From Antedon mediterranea (Eukaryota > Animalia > Echinodermata): a stretch of 64,000 nucleotides of DNA. Below, piece by piece: positions 50,228 to 62,887 of this stretch. Positions within the stretch are counted from its first letter, which is position 1. Each line of letters begins with the position of its first letter. The notes beneath the pieces are model-generated. The model had not been told where the DNA came from. It saw only the letters and a list, made by a program, of their open reading frames with translations, and made no database searches. The DNA lies in NCBI RefSeq assembly GCF_964355755.1, contig NC_092672.1, forward strand, positions 29,766,437-29,830,436. Direction: 5' to 3'. The translations under genes and the position numbers were made by a program.

Positions 50228-50620
50228 GGGCCTGTTTCTGCTACAACTGCTCAAAATACGGTATAAAAATACGGTATAAAATACGGTATTTTTTATACCG
50301 TATTCAGTACCCCGTTTCTTGGGTGGTCGTGTTAAAATTCATCCTTTTTACCCAAAATTGCCATTCATTTATTTGGTCAATAATTAAAAGTCGCAATAAA
50401 AGAAGTTTTACGCCTCACTTTTAACAGCCTAGCCCTAGTGATAGAGATGTTGTGAGAGTTTACTTGCTTTGGAGACAAGTCTATTCCGTACTCCTGCTTT
50501 ATATTTTTAGAAATGTCTTTATAAATGTGGTTGTCCCTTTTATTACCTTTTAGTTGGCCGGACATTTTAGCTTCCCCTCTCCGCACATATTTATATTGTA
50601 AATATAGCAGAAACAGGGCC
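50228..50620 (-). mobile_element. PIF/Harbinger-like deletion derivative retaining a Myb/SANT-like (trihelix) fragment
   Basis: TIR GGGCCTGTTTCTGCTA / TAGCAGAAACAGGGCC (15/16), 3-bp TSD TCA (50225-50227, 50621-50623). Minus-strand GEAKMSGQLKGNKRDNHIYKDISKNIKQEYGIDLSPKQV resembles trihelix helices 1-3. Confidence 0.7.
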
Positions 50621-51393
50621 TCATTAATATAGTTTATTTGTATATATTATGTGTTTATAAGCTAACAGTGGGGCCTCCCACACTCACAGTAATAAAGTTT
50701 ATCTGTATATACAGTATGTTTATATTATATAACAGTATCAACACTCACAGTAAGAAATTTGCGATTCAAATGGCGATCAAAAGTACAGTGGTTAATAGGT
50801 ATACAGTATTGTATAGTAGTATTGCAATACTATATCTTAAGGCATTGTGCCCATACATTTACCTACTTCCTCCATGTTAAACCTACATGGTTAAACCAAA
50901 TAATGTGTTCCATTCATCGCAAATCAATAAATTTGTATAAACGTATATTAAATCAATCAAAATAGTATTTTTTAAAGAAAATCGGCTGTCTTCAACCTTG
51001 TGATGCTGTACTTGAGCTCTTCAGGTGGTTAAAATCAGTACCGAAAGTACGAACCAACTTTATATACCATCGAGTAAACATTCTAGAAATTACGCGCGAT
51101 TTACCGATTTTTGCCCTTACGTAAATTTATATTTAGATTAACAATGTCCTCCAGTGTACTACCATTACAGTAACTCTTCCCTGGTACTACAATGGGTACT
51201 GACATTATTGACGCATTCTCGAGGGTAATCCATTATTTAACATTCGCTCAAAAAAGATAGGTAGGCCTATCTGAAGCAAGATGCAAGAAGACATATTACA
51301 TTCTGTCTTTAATGCATTACACTCATTGTCTCGTACTCCAGATAGGATATCATATAATATTGTTTTAATGTTGTATTTAGTACGTTTAAATAT

Positions 51394-54273
51394 TGGTGTC
51401 GAGTTGTATTCTATGTTATACCATTGCTCACATACAGGTGTCGAGTTGTATTCTATGTTATACCATTGCTCACATACAGGTTTCGAGTTGTATTTTATGT
51501 TATACCATTGCTCACATACAGGTGTCGAGTTGTATTCTATGTTATACCATTACTCACATACAGGTGTCGAGTTGTATTCTATGTCATACCATTGCTAACA
51601 TACAGGTGTCGAGTTGTATTTTATGTCATACCATTGCTCACATACAGGTGTCGAGTTGTATTCTATGTCATACCATTGCTCACATACAGGTGTCGAGTTG
51701 TATTTTATGTCATACCATTGCTCACATACAGGTGTCGAGTTGTATTTTATGTCATACCATTGCTCACATACAGGTGTCGAGTTGTATTCTATGTCATACC
51801 ATTGCTCACATACAGGTGTCGAGTTGTATTCTATGTTATACCATTGCTCACATACAGGTGTCGAGTTGTATTCTATGTTATACCATTGCTCACATACAGG
51901 TGTCAAGTTGTATTTTATGTCATACCATTGCTCACATACAGGTGTCGAGTTGTATTCTATGTCATACCATTGCTCACATACAGGTGTCGAGTTGTATTCT
52001 ATGTCATACCATTGTTCACATACAGGTGTCAAGTTGTATTCTATGTCATACCATTGCTCACATACAGGTGTCGAGTTGTATTCTATGTCATACCATTGCT
52101 CACATACAGGTGTCGAGTTGTATTCTATGTCATACCATTGCTCACATACAGGTGTCGAGTTGTATTCTATGTCATACCATTGTTCACATACAGGTTTCGA
52201 GTTGTATTTTATGTCATACCATTGCTCACATACAGGTGTCAAGTTGTATTCTATGTCATACCATTGCTCACATACAGGTGTCGAGTTGTATTCTATGTCA
52301 TACCATTGTTCACATACAGGTGTGGAGTTGTATTCTATGTCATACCATTGTTCACATACAGGTGTGGAGTTGTATTCTATGTTATACCATTGCTCACATA
52401 CAGGTGTGGAGTTGTATTCTATGTTATACCATTGCTCACATACAGGTGTCAAGTTGTATTTTATGTCATACCATTGCTCACATACAGGTGTCGAGTTGTA
52501 TTCTATGTCATACCATTGTTCACATACAGGTGTCGAGTTGTATTCTATGTTATACCATTGCTCACATACAGGTGTCGAGTTGTATTTTATGTTATACCAT
52601 TGCTCACATACAGGTGTCAAGTTGTATTCTATGTTATACCATTGCTCACATACAGGTGTCGAGTTGTATTCTATGTCATACAATTGCTCACATACAGGTG
52701 TCGAGTTGTATTCTATGTCATACAATTGCTCACATATAGGTGTGGAGTTGTATTCTATGTTATACCATTGCTCACATACAGGTGTCGAGTTGTATTTTAT
52801 GTTATACCATTGCTCACATACAGGTGTCGAGTTATATTCTATGTTATACCATTGTTCACATACAGGTGTCAAGTTGTATTTTATGTCATACCATTGCTCA
52901 CATACAGGTGTAAAGTTGTATTCTATGTCATACCATTGCTCACATACAGGTGTCGAGTTGTATTCTATGTCATACCATTGCTCACATACAGGTGTCGAGT
53001 TGTAATTTATGTCATACCATTGCTCACATACAGGTGTCGAGTTGTATTCTATGTCATACCATTGTTCACATACAGGTGTGGAGTTGTATTCTATGTTATA
53101 CCATTGCTCACATCCAGGTGTCGAGTTGTATTCTATGTTATACCATTGCTCACATACAGGTGTCGAGTTGTATTCTATGTTATACCATTGCTCACATACA
53201 GGTGTCGAGTTGTATTCTATGTTATACCATTGCTCACATACAAGTTTCGAGTTGTATTCTATGTCATACCATTGTTCACATACAGGTGTCGAGTTGTAAT
53301 TTATGTCATACAATTGCTCACATACAGGTGTCGAGTTGTATTCTATGTTATACCATTGCTCATATACAGGTGTCGAGTTGTATTTTATGTTATACCATTG
53401 TTCACATACAGGTGTCGAGTTGTATTCTATGTTATACCATTGCTCACATACAGGTGTCGAGTTGTATTTTATGTTATACCATTGCTCACATACAGGTGTC
53501 GAGTTGTATTCTATGTTATACCATTGCTCACATACAGGTGTCGAGTTGTATTCTATGTTATACCATTGCTCATATACAGGTGTCGAGTTGTATTCTATGT
53601 CATACCATTGTTCACATACAGGTGTCAAGTTGTATTTTATGTCATACCATTGCTCACATACAGGTGTAGAGTTGTATTCTATGTCATACCATTGCTCACA
53701 TACAGGTGTTGAGTTGTATTCTATGTCATACCATTGCTCACATACAGGTGTCGAGTTGTATTCTATGTTATACCATTGTTCACATACAGGTGTCGAGTTG
53801 TATTCTATGTCATACCATTGTTCACATACAGGTGTCGAGTTGTATTTTGTGTCATACCATTGCTCACATACAGGTGTCCAGTTGTATTCTATGTTATACT
53901 ATTGTTCACAAACAGGTGTCAAGTTGTATTTTATGTCATACCATTGCTCACATACAGGTGTCGAGTTGTATTCTATGTTATACCATTGCTCACATACAGG
54001 TGTCGAGTTGTATTCTATGTTATACCATTGCTCACATACAGGTGTCGAGTTGTATTCTATGTTATACCATTGCTCACATATAGGTGTGGAGTTGTATTCT
54101 ATGTTATACCATTGCTCACATACAGGTGTGGAGTTGTATTCTATGTTATATCATTGCTCACATACAGGTGTCGAGTTGTATTCTATGTTATACCATTGCT
54201 CACATACAGGTGTCGAGTTGTATTCTATGTTATACCATTGCTCACATACAGGTGTCAAGTTGTATTCTATGTC
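51394..54273. repeat. 42-bp tandem satellite/minisatellite, about 68 copies
   Basis: Unit CAGGTGTCGAGTTGTATTCTATGTYATACCATTGCTCACATA repeated head-to-tail with no spacers and no indels apparent. Confidence 0.98.
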
Positions 54274-55226
54274 GTACATGCAATTGTAATTTACTAACAC
54301 TTGTTCATGTTATAGCGATTCAAGATTCCAGAAATTGTTCAACTTAAAATGGAATTTCATTTTGCTTGGTTTAATAAAAGACAATAAAACTACAAAAGAA
54401 AATTACATCAGATAGCGAAAACTCTATATAGATCAAAGTTAAAATACTATTAATAGGCCAATGTCAAAACACTGGTAAAGATATTTGTAGATTGCAAAAA
54501 CACCATAAGCAAATGTGAAATACTGTTAAACGATTAAAAATAGTTGACATTTAAAAAAAAATAAAAATTTTCAGTATAAATTTATCGTCGAACTATCTAT
54601 ATATTAATGTTAAAGAGTCGCTATCCAATCGTGTTTAATACTCGTGGCGCTATAATATCTTTGGTCGTGTCCTAGCCGAAACATCACGCATGTCATCTAT
54701 TTGAAGGTAATATTTGCATGATAATGAGGGGTTTCACCCAACATGTTACCGACGTTTTATTGATAAAAAAACGAATTGTTTCTGCTGTAAAAAGATGTGA
54801 AAGTAAAACATTTATGCCGACACCTAGGCTTAGTGCTAGTAGTAGTAGTGAAAATAATAACGATGAAGGCATGTATCCAACCATGGTGCAAGTAACAAAA
54901 ACGAAAAAACCACGATGATCATCGGCACTGCCAGCTAAATTGTTTATTAATTAAGAAGGAGGAGCTTAATACTTTTAACTTAAAAGTTCTTAGCATTGTA
55001 GGCCTTCTTTGATGTTAATTAACCAATTAATTAGTATTTCCTGTCACCCATTGGTGTTTGTTGTTTTTGTATAATTCGATATCTTGATCTTGAAAATGGT
55101 TCCATGATGGTTCCGAAACGTTGTCGATCTTCTTGTTTTTTGTCATTAAATTTCATTGTAAAGTTATATAGTAAGCGTCTATTAATTTGTTAGTTATAAT
55201 ATTGCAATTTTAATTTTCTTTTTTAG

Positions 55227-56070
55227 ATTGAATAAATCAATGAAATCGGTGTATGAATCATCTTATACAGTTTTCAAGCAAACAGTCATTCAGGAGCGCC
55301 TCATACAAAATAAAGAAATGTTAAGGATGCCGGAATTGGTACAATTGTTTATAAAGATTGCTGAACATCATGAAGGTATTTAAACAATAAATTACAGGTA
55401 CATGTACAAAAGTAATACATACTCTGAATAAAACATAATAAAAACAAACACATATTTTAATGAACATTCTACTTTTATTCAAATAATTCTGTCCTAGTTT
55501 GCTAATATTATTTTTATTATTATGTTGATGTCCATGAAAATTAATATTAACACCAATAAATTCCTATTTTAGAGCTGATAACCTTAAAAAACGATTGAGA
55601 AAGACTTTCCGCAGTTGTGCTTCCAAAAGTCTTATCGTAAAACCCAAGGTGAAATGGTAATTACAGAAGAAGAACTTTCAACTGTAAATGTATTAGATCT
55701 TATGAGGTCATCTGATGAGGAGTTTTGAACTGGTGATAGCTCTGATGATCCAATGGGAACTGAAAACACCATTCAAGCGATGCATCTTGATGTAAGTCTG
55801 GAGAAAGTTAGAACTGTTTTCAATGCAGGTACAATTGTACACAATGCAATAAAATGAGTTGTAGGCCTACAACATCTCAAGATATAAATCTGAATGAAGC
55901 GATAGAGGTGATTCCATTCCACTTTTACAATTTAATAGCATGGTGCATTGGCGCTACAGTTGAACCAAACACAGTAAATTATGTTGATGTAAGCCCTGAG
56001 AACCATGTTAAAATTGTATCAATTTGCCAGGACATTGTTAACTTAACATCGAAAAGAAAAAAAACAAACT
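55227..56070 (+). pseudogene. Decayed, intron-containing transposase-like fragment (Academ-like N-terminal region, tentative)
   Basis: YESSYTVFKQTVIQERLIQNKEMLRM...NNYR|ADNLKKRL (GT-AG intron about 55398-55572) and IPFHFYNLIAWCIG...IVSICQDIV; stops and frameshifts present. Confidence 0.5.
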
Positions 56071-57483
56071 TCATAGTCTTTTGGATAATAGGTAAATTAT
56101 ACAGTAGTATAAGAAACAGGACAAAGAGAGTGTATGTAAATTGTAATGTAAATAAAGTAACGTCCGTGTTGAGTTACATTGTATTATATGTTGCAATATT
56201 TAAAAAGATCAATTAACTGTAATAATAATAAAGCAGTTAAAATTAACTGTAATAGGTCTAATAATAAAGCAGTTGCTTTTCCTCGTATACCCGTATAGAC
56301 TGTCGCCAAGCAGCCCGTATCCATGAAAACTTAATACCTGTACAGTAAAAGTTCTGTAGCAAAATTGTAATTGAGGGCGTCATCAAATTGTATGGAAAAG
56401 CCAATGCAAACAACATGTAAAAATAACAATAGTGTTGTCCTAAAAGATGGTTTCTACTATACTGTATTCCTTCTTATACGCACAATATCCTCCCGTTATC
56501 ACCTTCTCTCTTTTCATACCATAGCCGATCGACCATTAACTCAATTTTACGGGAAACGCTCATTTATGCGGGCGGTAGTCTTGGAATAGTCTACCTGTGG
56601 AAATAAAACATTCTAACACAACCACCCTTATTTCAACAGCTTTTAAAAACTCATCTTTTCAACAAATATGTTTACCCTCGATAAAGCATTTTCAATCAGT
56701 TGAGATCCTTATATATCTTGTGGTTTGTCACTTTCATTGTTTTTTAATTCCTCTTTTTATTTTATTTATTTCATGGATTATTCTGTTTTGAATTCTGTTG
56801 TAGAATATAATATTAACTACATTTAATAAAAATATAGTAAATACGTCATTATTGAGAGGCTGTAGCTAATTAGACTACGAAAATCCATCGAGATCAATGG
56901 CCATTTTTGAAATGTAGAGAAGTCTTATGCGTTGCTGATGTCAAAGTTCAATAATCCAAGAACAAACAAATTAAAATAGTTACTCAATTATTTAGTGAAG
57001 CATCCATTCAGTGAATTTAGTGACTGCGGAAGATTCTAAATCTCTTCCGCCAGAACGCCTCTTTAGTTTGCGCATGCGCATTTAATTCCTATAAGTAAAC
57101 TATCTTAAACGTTGAGGGCACTTTTGGAACGTGGTTCCTCCAAGGTCACTGTTTTTTTTTTCTCAATTATGCATTTAAATAGTTAATTAATATTCATTCA
57201 GTACTACCGGTAATCTATAGTTTGGCCTAACATTATTAAAAATTCACATTTTTATGATCAAATTTTGTTCAATACAAATTTAAATTATCTCTTATATTTG
57301 TCAACAGAAATCATGCATTCACACGTTTGTATTGTTTGAGTGTTACATTACAAATTGTTTTTTTTTTTTTTTTTTTTTTTTATTCAGTATATTACACAGA
57401 GGCGCCTTACAAGATGGAACCATCTTAGCTTCAAGGCGCCTCAGATTAACAAATACAACATTTTAAAATAACTAACAGAAACA

Positions 57484-60400
57484 TCAATTAAATCTTCCAG
57501 AATTAACAAGAAATTGTTGTACATAATAAAATAATAAAGCATTTTCACAATTCAAAAGAAGATCGGAACCAAAAATAAAAATTTCACTTAAAAATGTAAA
57601 ATTAAATGTTAAAGAAAAATCCTTGGCTAAGATATCCTCAATAATTGAGTTAGCGCTTACAAGTAGAATATCTCTTTGTGTATTATAATTAGGGCAGTAA
57701 CATAAGAAATGAAGCGGATTCTCAACATTAAAGCCACAAGTACAATTTGGATTGTCCCGAAGTCCATGTAAGAATAAATGCGAATTGAGACAGCTGAAAC
57801 CAAGTCGGATTCTAGTGTGAATTTGGTTAATCTTCTTATCACCTGTATCATAATAAGAACGTTTTTTTGTTTCAAACAAATTGGATTTCAGTAGCAATTT
57901 TTTAAACTCAACAAGAAATGAGGAATTTTTTATTTCATTATTTAACTCATTCCAATGTGTTATAATAGATGGGACAAAAGATAAACGATATGATGTGGTC
58001 TTACAAAATGGAATTATTATATTTCGGATGTTACGCAAGTTATAAACTTCAATATTGTCAGAAAAATTAAATAAGGAGTAAAGATACACTGGTGTTAACT
58101 TATGAATAATTTTAAAAAACAGTATTAAGTTAAGAAATTGTCTACGTTTTTCCAATGATAACCAGCCTAATTCTTGTCTTAATGCATTATGACTTGTATG
58201 TTTCCACGCACCAGTACATATTCTACCTGCAGAAATCTGGATATTTTCTAGTTCATCACTTAATTTAACTGGGATATTACACCAAACAGGAGCTGCATAT
58301 TCCATTAATGGTCTAACGTGTGATATGTAAATGTGACAGAGAGCCTGTCGAGGTAGAATATGTTTGACACGACGTAGCATATTTAAAGATAAAGACGCTT
58401 TGTTAATTACAGATTGGATATGGGAATCCCACTTGAGTTTTGCATTAAGCATTACACCAAGATGCCTATGATCATTTACAAATTGTAGATTTACATTATT
58501 GAAATTTAAACTAACATAGTTATCTAAATGTTTACGTGTAAACAGTATAGCTTTCGTTTTGTTAGCATTGAATGTTACTTTCCATTTTTTTGCCCAATTA
58601 TAAATGACATTAAGATCACCATTTAATTTTTGTTCTGAAATATTACGATCTGTACAAATATCATATAACGAAGTATCATCTGCATATAAACTAATATTAG
58701 ATTTGATATTATCAACCATATCATTTATGAATACAATAAATAAAAATGGACCCAAAACAGATCCTTGGGGTACTCCTGCTGTAATGGTCACCCAAGGACT
58801 GGTAGTTCCTTCAATAATAACACGTTGCTCACGTGAGTTTAAGTAACTTTGGAACCATTTTAGAAGAGTGCCATTAATTCCATATTGATTTAATTTGTAT
58901 ATAATCCCATTATGCCAAACTTTATCGAAAGCTTTGGAAATATCCAAAAATACCGAGATTACTTCTTTCCTTAAATCTAAAGCTCTATTAAATGTATCTA
59001 TAAGATAAAGAAGTTGATACGTTGTCGAGTCACCTGGTGTAAAACCAGATTGGAATTGAGTAAGAAGTTTATTATCCACAAAGTATTTATATACTATATC
59101 AAAAACTGCACGCTCAAAAATTTTTGCAAAGTTGGAAAGTATGGATATAGGGCGGTAGTTCTCAATAAGGGATTTATTGCCTTTTTTATGCAGAGGAATG
59201 ACATTTGATTTTTTCCATTCCACAGGAAAATATCCTTGGCTTATGCAGAAGTTATAAAGCTTTGTCAAATGGGGTGCAATAATTTCAGCAGATTCTATTA
59301 GTATGATACTGTGAATTTCATCAGGTCCCATCGCCTTGTTTTTATCCAGCATAGTTAATAATTTCATGATCTCATCAACAGATAATTTTAGAGTTGAGAG
59401 TCTCGATGCAGTTCTATATGTGAAGTCCGAAGGAAAATCATCATGATTAGGAATAAACGATTGAGATTTAAAATAATTGTTAAACGCTTTAACTTTCTCA
59501 CTATTTAAAGTTAGGACATCATCGTTTAATTTGATTGGAGGAATCTTATAATATTGTTTGGAATTACAAACTGAATTTATGGTAGACCACCAAGTTTTTG
59601 AATCACAGTTTTTATTCATTAATAAATCAAATTGTTTATCCAAAAAAGTTTGTTTAGCTTTTCTTATTGCTTTAACAACTTTTGCGCGAATTTTCTTAAA
59701 ACGTTGCATATGCGAATTTGAGTTATTTCGAGTGGAATGGGCGTGATTTCTTTTGCGAATAAGAGTTCTAATATGCGCATTAATCCAAGGCTTGTCATTA
59801 GGACGCACAGTTATAATTTTAGATATAATATAGTTATCAACACAATTATTAAATAAGTCAATCCAATTATGACAAACATCTTCAACCTTTGAAGATGAAT
59901 AAACTTCTTCCCAATTTACAGAATTAAGAGCATTACGATATAAATTAAAATCAGTTTTTTCAAAAAGATATATTTTACGATTGTATGGCTTGTCCCGTGT
60001 GATACGAATATCAATATTTGCATATACTGGACTGTGATCACAATTTAAAAGTGGGCACAATGCACCAAAATCATTAATATATACATTTTGACTAGTAACT
60101 ATATGGTCAATACAAGACCGTTGGTCTTTTATACAACGTGTTGGCATATTGATGTGTTGAGTTAAACCGTTTTGTTGTAAAAATTCATAAAATGATTTTC
60201 CAAATCTATTTGTGTTTCCATCATTGTACCAGTTGTTATTTTGAGCATTCATATCGCCCATCATTAAAGTTAAGCTGTGTCGAGACAAAACAAAGTTATT
60301 AGTACTGTTTTGAAAATAGTCAAGTAGATCCTGATCAGATTGAACATCACTTTGTGGTGGCCTATAACATACATAAGTCAAAATCGTCCAGTTTGAAACT

Positions 60401-60774
60401 TGTATTTCACACCTTATCACATCTGACAAGAGATCATTACAAATATGTATAGAATTAGATATGTAAAAAGCACATCCGCCGCCATGGCGGTTTCTATCAT
60501 TTCTAATAGGTTCTTGATAACCGTCTAGTAAAATGTCATGGTTCAAGATAGTTTGATCTAGCCATGTTTCTGTTAAAGCAATAATATCATAGTTATTTAA
60601 ATTTGCTAGGTGTTGAATTTCAGCTAGTTTACCTGGAACGATTAGACTACGTATGTTAATATGGCAAACTGTAAACTGTTCCGGACCAGGATTTGGATGT
60701 ATATCGCCGCACATTAAAAGCATGCACATTAGAACATTATTACGCCCCAAATTTATGATAAATAAATTATCCAT
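57484..60774 (-). CDS. LINE ORF2: 2A-like peptide, AP endonuclease, RT, C-terminal CCHC-like motif
   Basis: GDIHPNPGP; HINIRSL, LTETWL, YRPP, GDMN, CDH; NYRPIS, DISKAFD, GVPQGS, YADD; CTCG...HFLCYC. 1096 aa uninterrupted. Confidence 0.92.
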   Translation of the reverse strand: MDNLFIINLGRNNVLMCMLLMCGDIHPNPGPEQFTVCHINIRSLIVPGKLAEIQHLANLNNYDIIALTETWLDQTILNHDILLDGYQEPIRNDRNRHGGGCAFYISNSIHICNDLLSDVIRCEIQVSNWTILTYVCYRPPQSDVQSDQDLLDYFQNSTNNFVLSRHSLTLMMGDMNAQNNNWYNDGNTNRFGKSFYEFLQQNGLTQHINMPTRCIKDQRSCIDHIVTSQNVYINDFGALCPLLNCDHSPVYANIDIRITRDKPYNRKIYLFEKTDFNLYRNALNSVNWEEVYSSSKVEDVCHNWIDLFNNCVDNYIISKIITVRPNDKPWINAHIRTLIRKRNHAHSTRNNSNSHMQRFKKIRAKVVKAIRKAKQTFLDKQFDLLMNKNCDSKTWWSTINSVCNSKQYYKIPPIKLNDDVLTLNSEKVKAFNNYFKSQSFIPNHDDFPSDFTYRTASRLSTLKLSVDEIMKLLTMLDKNKAMGPDEIHSIILIESAEIIAPHLTKLYNFCISQGYFPVEWKKSNVIPLHKKGNKSLIENYRPISILSNFAKIFERAVFDIVYKYFVDNKLLTQFQSGFTPGDSTTYQLLYLIDTFNRALDLRKEVISVFLDISKAFDKVWHNGIIYKLNQYGINGTLLKWFQSYLNSREQRVIIEGTTSPWVTITAGVPQGSVLGPFLFIVFINDMVDNIKSNISLYADDTSLYDICTDRNISEQKLNGDLNVIYNWAKKWKVTFNANKTKAILFTRKHLDNYVSLNFNNVNLQFVNDHRHLGVMLNAKLKWDSHIQSVINKASLSLNMLRRVKHILPRQALCHIYISHVRPLMEYAAPVWCNIPVKLSDELENIQISAGRICTGAWKHTSHNALRQELGWLSLEKRRQFLNLILFFKIIHKLTPVYLYSLFNFSDNIEVYNLRNIRNIIIPFCKTTSYRLSFVPSIITHWNELNNEIKNSSFLVEFKKLLLKSNLFETKKRSYYDTGDKKINQIHTRIRLGFSCLNSHLFLHGLRDNPNCTCGFNVENPLHFLCYCPNYNTQRDILLVSANSIIEDILAKDFSLTFNFTFLSEIFIFGSDLLLNCENALLFYYVQQFLVNSGRFN

Positions 60775-60968
60775 TATCAGTAAAAAAAATAAGTAAAGTA
60801 CTCACTTTAAAAACGCTAGCACATATGAGAACACTTAGCCAAACGAACATAGTAAACATTGAAATAAAAACAAGAGAACACGTTTTTGCTATCTAAAATC
60901 AACAAATAATGGTCAAATTCCGTCGGTAAGAAACGTACTGTTAATGACACCGCACAGTCTAAACGTTC

Positions 60969-61538
60969 TTAATGTTCAGCAATCAGTCGTTCAAAATCAT
61001 TTTCATTCTTGATATGCTTGGGTTTTTCTTCACCTTTACACAGGGCCCATATCTTGCATCTGTTAGTCCAGGCACGTTGAACTCCATCATGGTGTCTTAC
61101 CTTCCAAAAGAGATTGAAATTTGCTTTTGTTAGGTCTTCCGAGATATAAACCGGCATACCCTTCAGTTTGGATTTGGCTGCAAACACATTGTTACGGGTC
61201 CTGATTGAATTGAACCGAACAATTATTGGCCTAGGCTTGTCAGTAATAGGACCGATTCGATGAGATACTTCAATATCGTCGGACTTGAAAGTGATACCCA
61301 TTTTTACGCGAATAACCTCCGCCACCAAATCATCAGTTGACTTTGTCGAGTCCTGTAAACCGTAGAATCTAAGGTTATTACGACGTGAATATTGTTCTAA
61401 ATAGTCCAATCTGGTTTCAATATTACTGATTTGCTCCTGCAGTTTATCAAATGCTTTGTTTAATGTCTCAGTAATAGAAGTAGTCAGCTCCTGAAGCAAG
61501 TCTTTCTTCAGCTTATCAACATCTAACTTCGGGGCCAT
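60969..61538 (-). CDS. LINE ORF1 (coiled coil plus RRM/CTD, L1-ORF1p-like type)
   Basis: Heptad N-terminus, LEQYSRRNNLRFYGL, SHRIG, PRPIIVRF, YISEDLT, AWT motifs; directly upstream of ORF2. Confidence 0.88.
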   Translation of the reverse strand: MAPKLDVDKLKKDLLQELTTSITETLNKAFDKLQEQISNIETRLDYLEQYSRRNNLRFYGLQDSTKSTDDLVAEVIRVKMGITFKSDDIEVSHRIGPITDKPRPIIVRFNSIRTRNNVFAAKSKLKGMPVYISEDLTKANFNLFWKVRHHDGVQRAWTNRCKIWALCKGEEKPKHIKNENDFERLIAEH

Positions 61539-62887
61539 GATTACACTTGCTTTTTTACAGTACCACCACTGTTTTACATATCAGGTCACAATCACAGCTG
61601 GTAATTTCGGCCAAATTTACTAATTTGCATAAGTGACGCAGATGTTTGGAAACCTTATTGAAGGATTTTGATTTGCATATGGCTAGCACAGTAATAGTTA
61701 ACCTTGCAGCGCTTTCAACGGCGAGCCAATGGCAATAGATGCGGTATCATGGGGGTAAAATACTCACTGCTTATTTACACCGACAGAGCATTGACCATCA
61801 TCTTTAAAAGTTTACATGATAAGTCCTAGATTCTATTTACGATGATAATGATACAATCGGGAAAAAACAAAGATAAATGTCTCTTTGAAAGGTGAAAATC
61901 GAGAGCAAAAAAGTTGTACGTGCTCACTCACCCAATGTCTCTCAGTTTGAATATGTATACAAGCGTAGTAGGATTACAATGTAAGTTTATTAACAGAAAG
62001 AAAGTAACAAACATACATACTTCGGAAATAGATGTTCAAGTAACAAGTCAAGCCGTTTTACAAGATAAAAACTTAATCGAACTCATGATGTATTTGTTTA
62101 TTTGTTTTTGTTTTCTTTTCAACTTTTTGAATTCTCATGCGGGTGAGTTTATTCTTTTTTTTTTTCAAATAGATAGTACTAAAATAACAATTTTTAAATG
62201 CTGTGATAGGCCAACTTGATATGCATTCTTGCATCTTCACATTGGTATTTTGTGCATTTCAGTCAAAAATAAACTTGTATATTTTTTTTGTTCAAATGTA
62301 AACATATATATAAAAACACTAATTCATAAAACGATTCCAAATTCAATTACAATATTTATGAAAATAGTAAATAATGTATTTAAAACACTAGGCCTAATTC
62401 ATATAGAGAAAAAAAATATAACATAATATATTATGAGAATATTTATTTTCGTCTGTTTAAAAAATGTATGTAAATATTATGATATTTGCAGTCTTCTGCT
62501 TTAAAATATAATGAATATATTTCTTTGAATGCAAAGAGAATGAAAACAAAAGTATTCATAATTTTAGATTCTTTTCTTTATTGAAAATAACTTTAAAAAT
62601 AAATAATGCGTAAACATTTTGGTATGTATGGTACATGAAGTACAATTTTTAATCAACTTATTTGAAAGAAATATAAAACGACGATAAAGGCATGCAAATA
62701 CCTATAACTACTTTTTAAAGAATCATTATTTATAACCAATTAAATAAAAATTGTAGATTTCTCACAATAATGTATATAAGTGTTTGATTCCTTACACTTA
62801 TACTTATCTCATATGTACTATAATCCATAGCTCGTTGACAAATCTACACTTTGTAATGAAATAAAATTGTGTTTCAGCACTCATATC

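Larger units (their letters stand above)
57358..61600 (-). mobile_element. Apparently full-length CR1-group LINE with intact ORF1 and ORF2 and poly(A) tail
   Basis: ORF1 60969-61538, ORF2 57484-60774, 3' UTR hairpin GAGGCGCCTT...AAGGCGCCTC, poly(A) (T run 57358-57381). 5' end approximate; TSD not identified. Confidence 0.92.

Noticed and set aside
51394-54273. CRISPR array, or repeat-protein genes from the long overlapping ORFs
   Set aside because: Units are contiguous with no unique spacers and no cas genes. The ORFs arise because a 42-bp (3n) unit lacks stops in several frames; no splice or domain support.
9624-60774. Bacterial RT systems (retron, DGR, group II intron) or a DGR-like link between the RTs and the LRR repeats
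   Set aside because: All RTs carry APE domains and/or LINE-type tails. There is no separate template-repeat/variable-repeat pair with adenine-specific differences, and the context is a spliced eukaryotic genome.
61560-61660. Target-site duplication and exact 5' end of the full-length LINE
   Set aside because: No convincing direct repeat matching the flank at about 57345-57357 could be found by eye.
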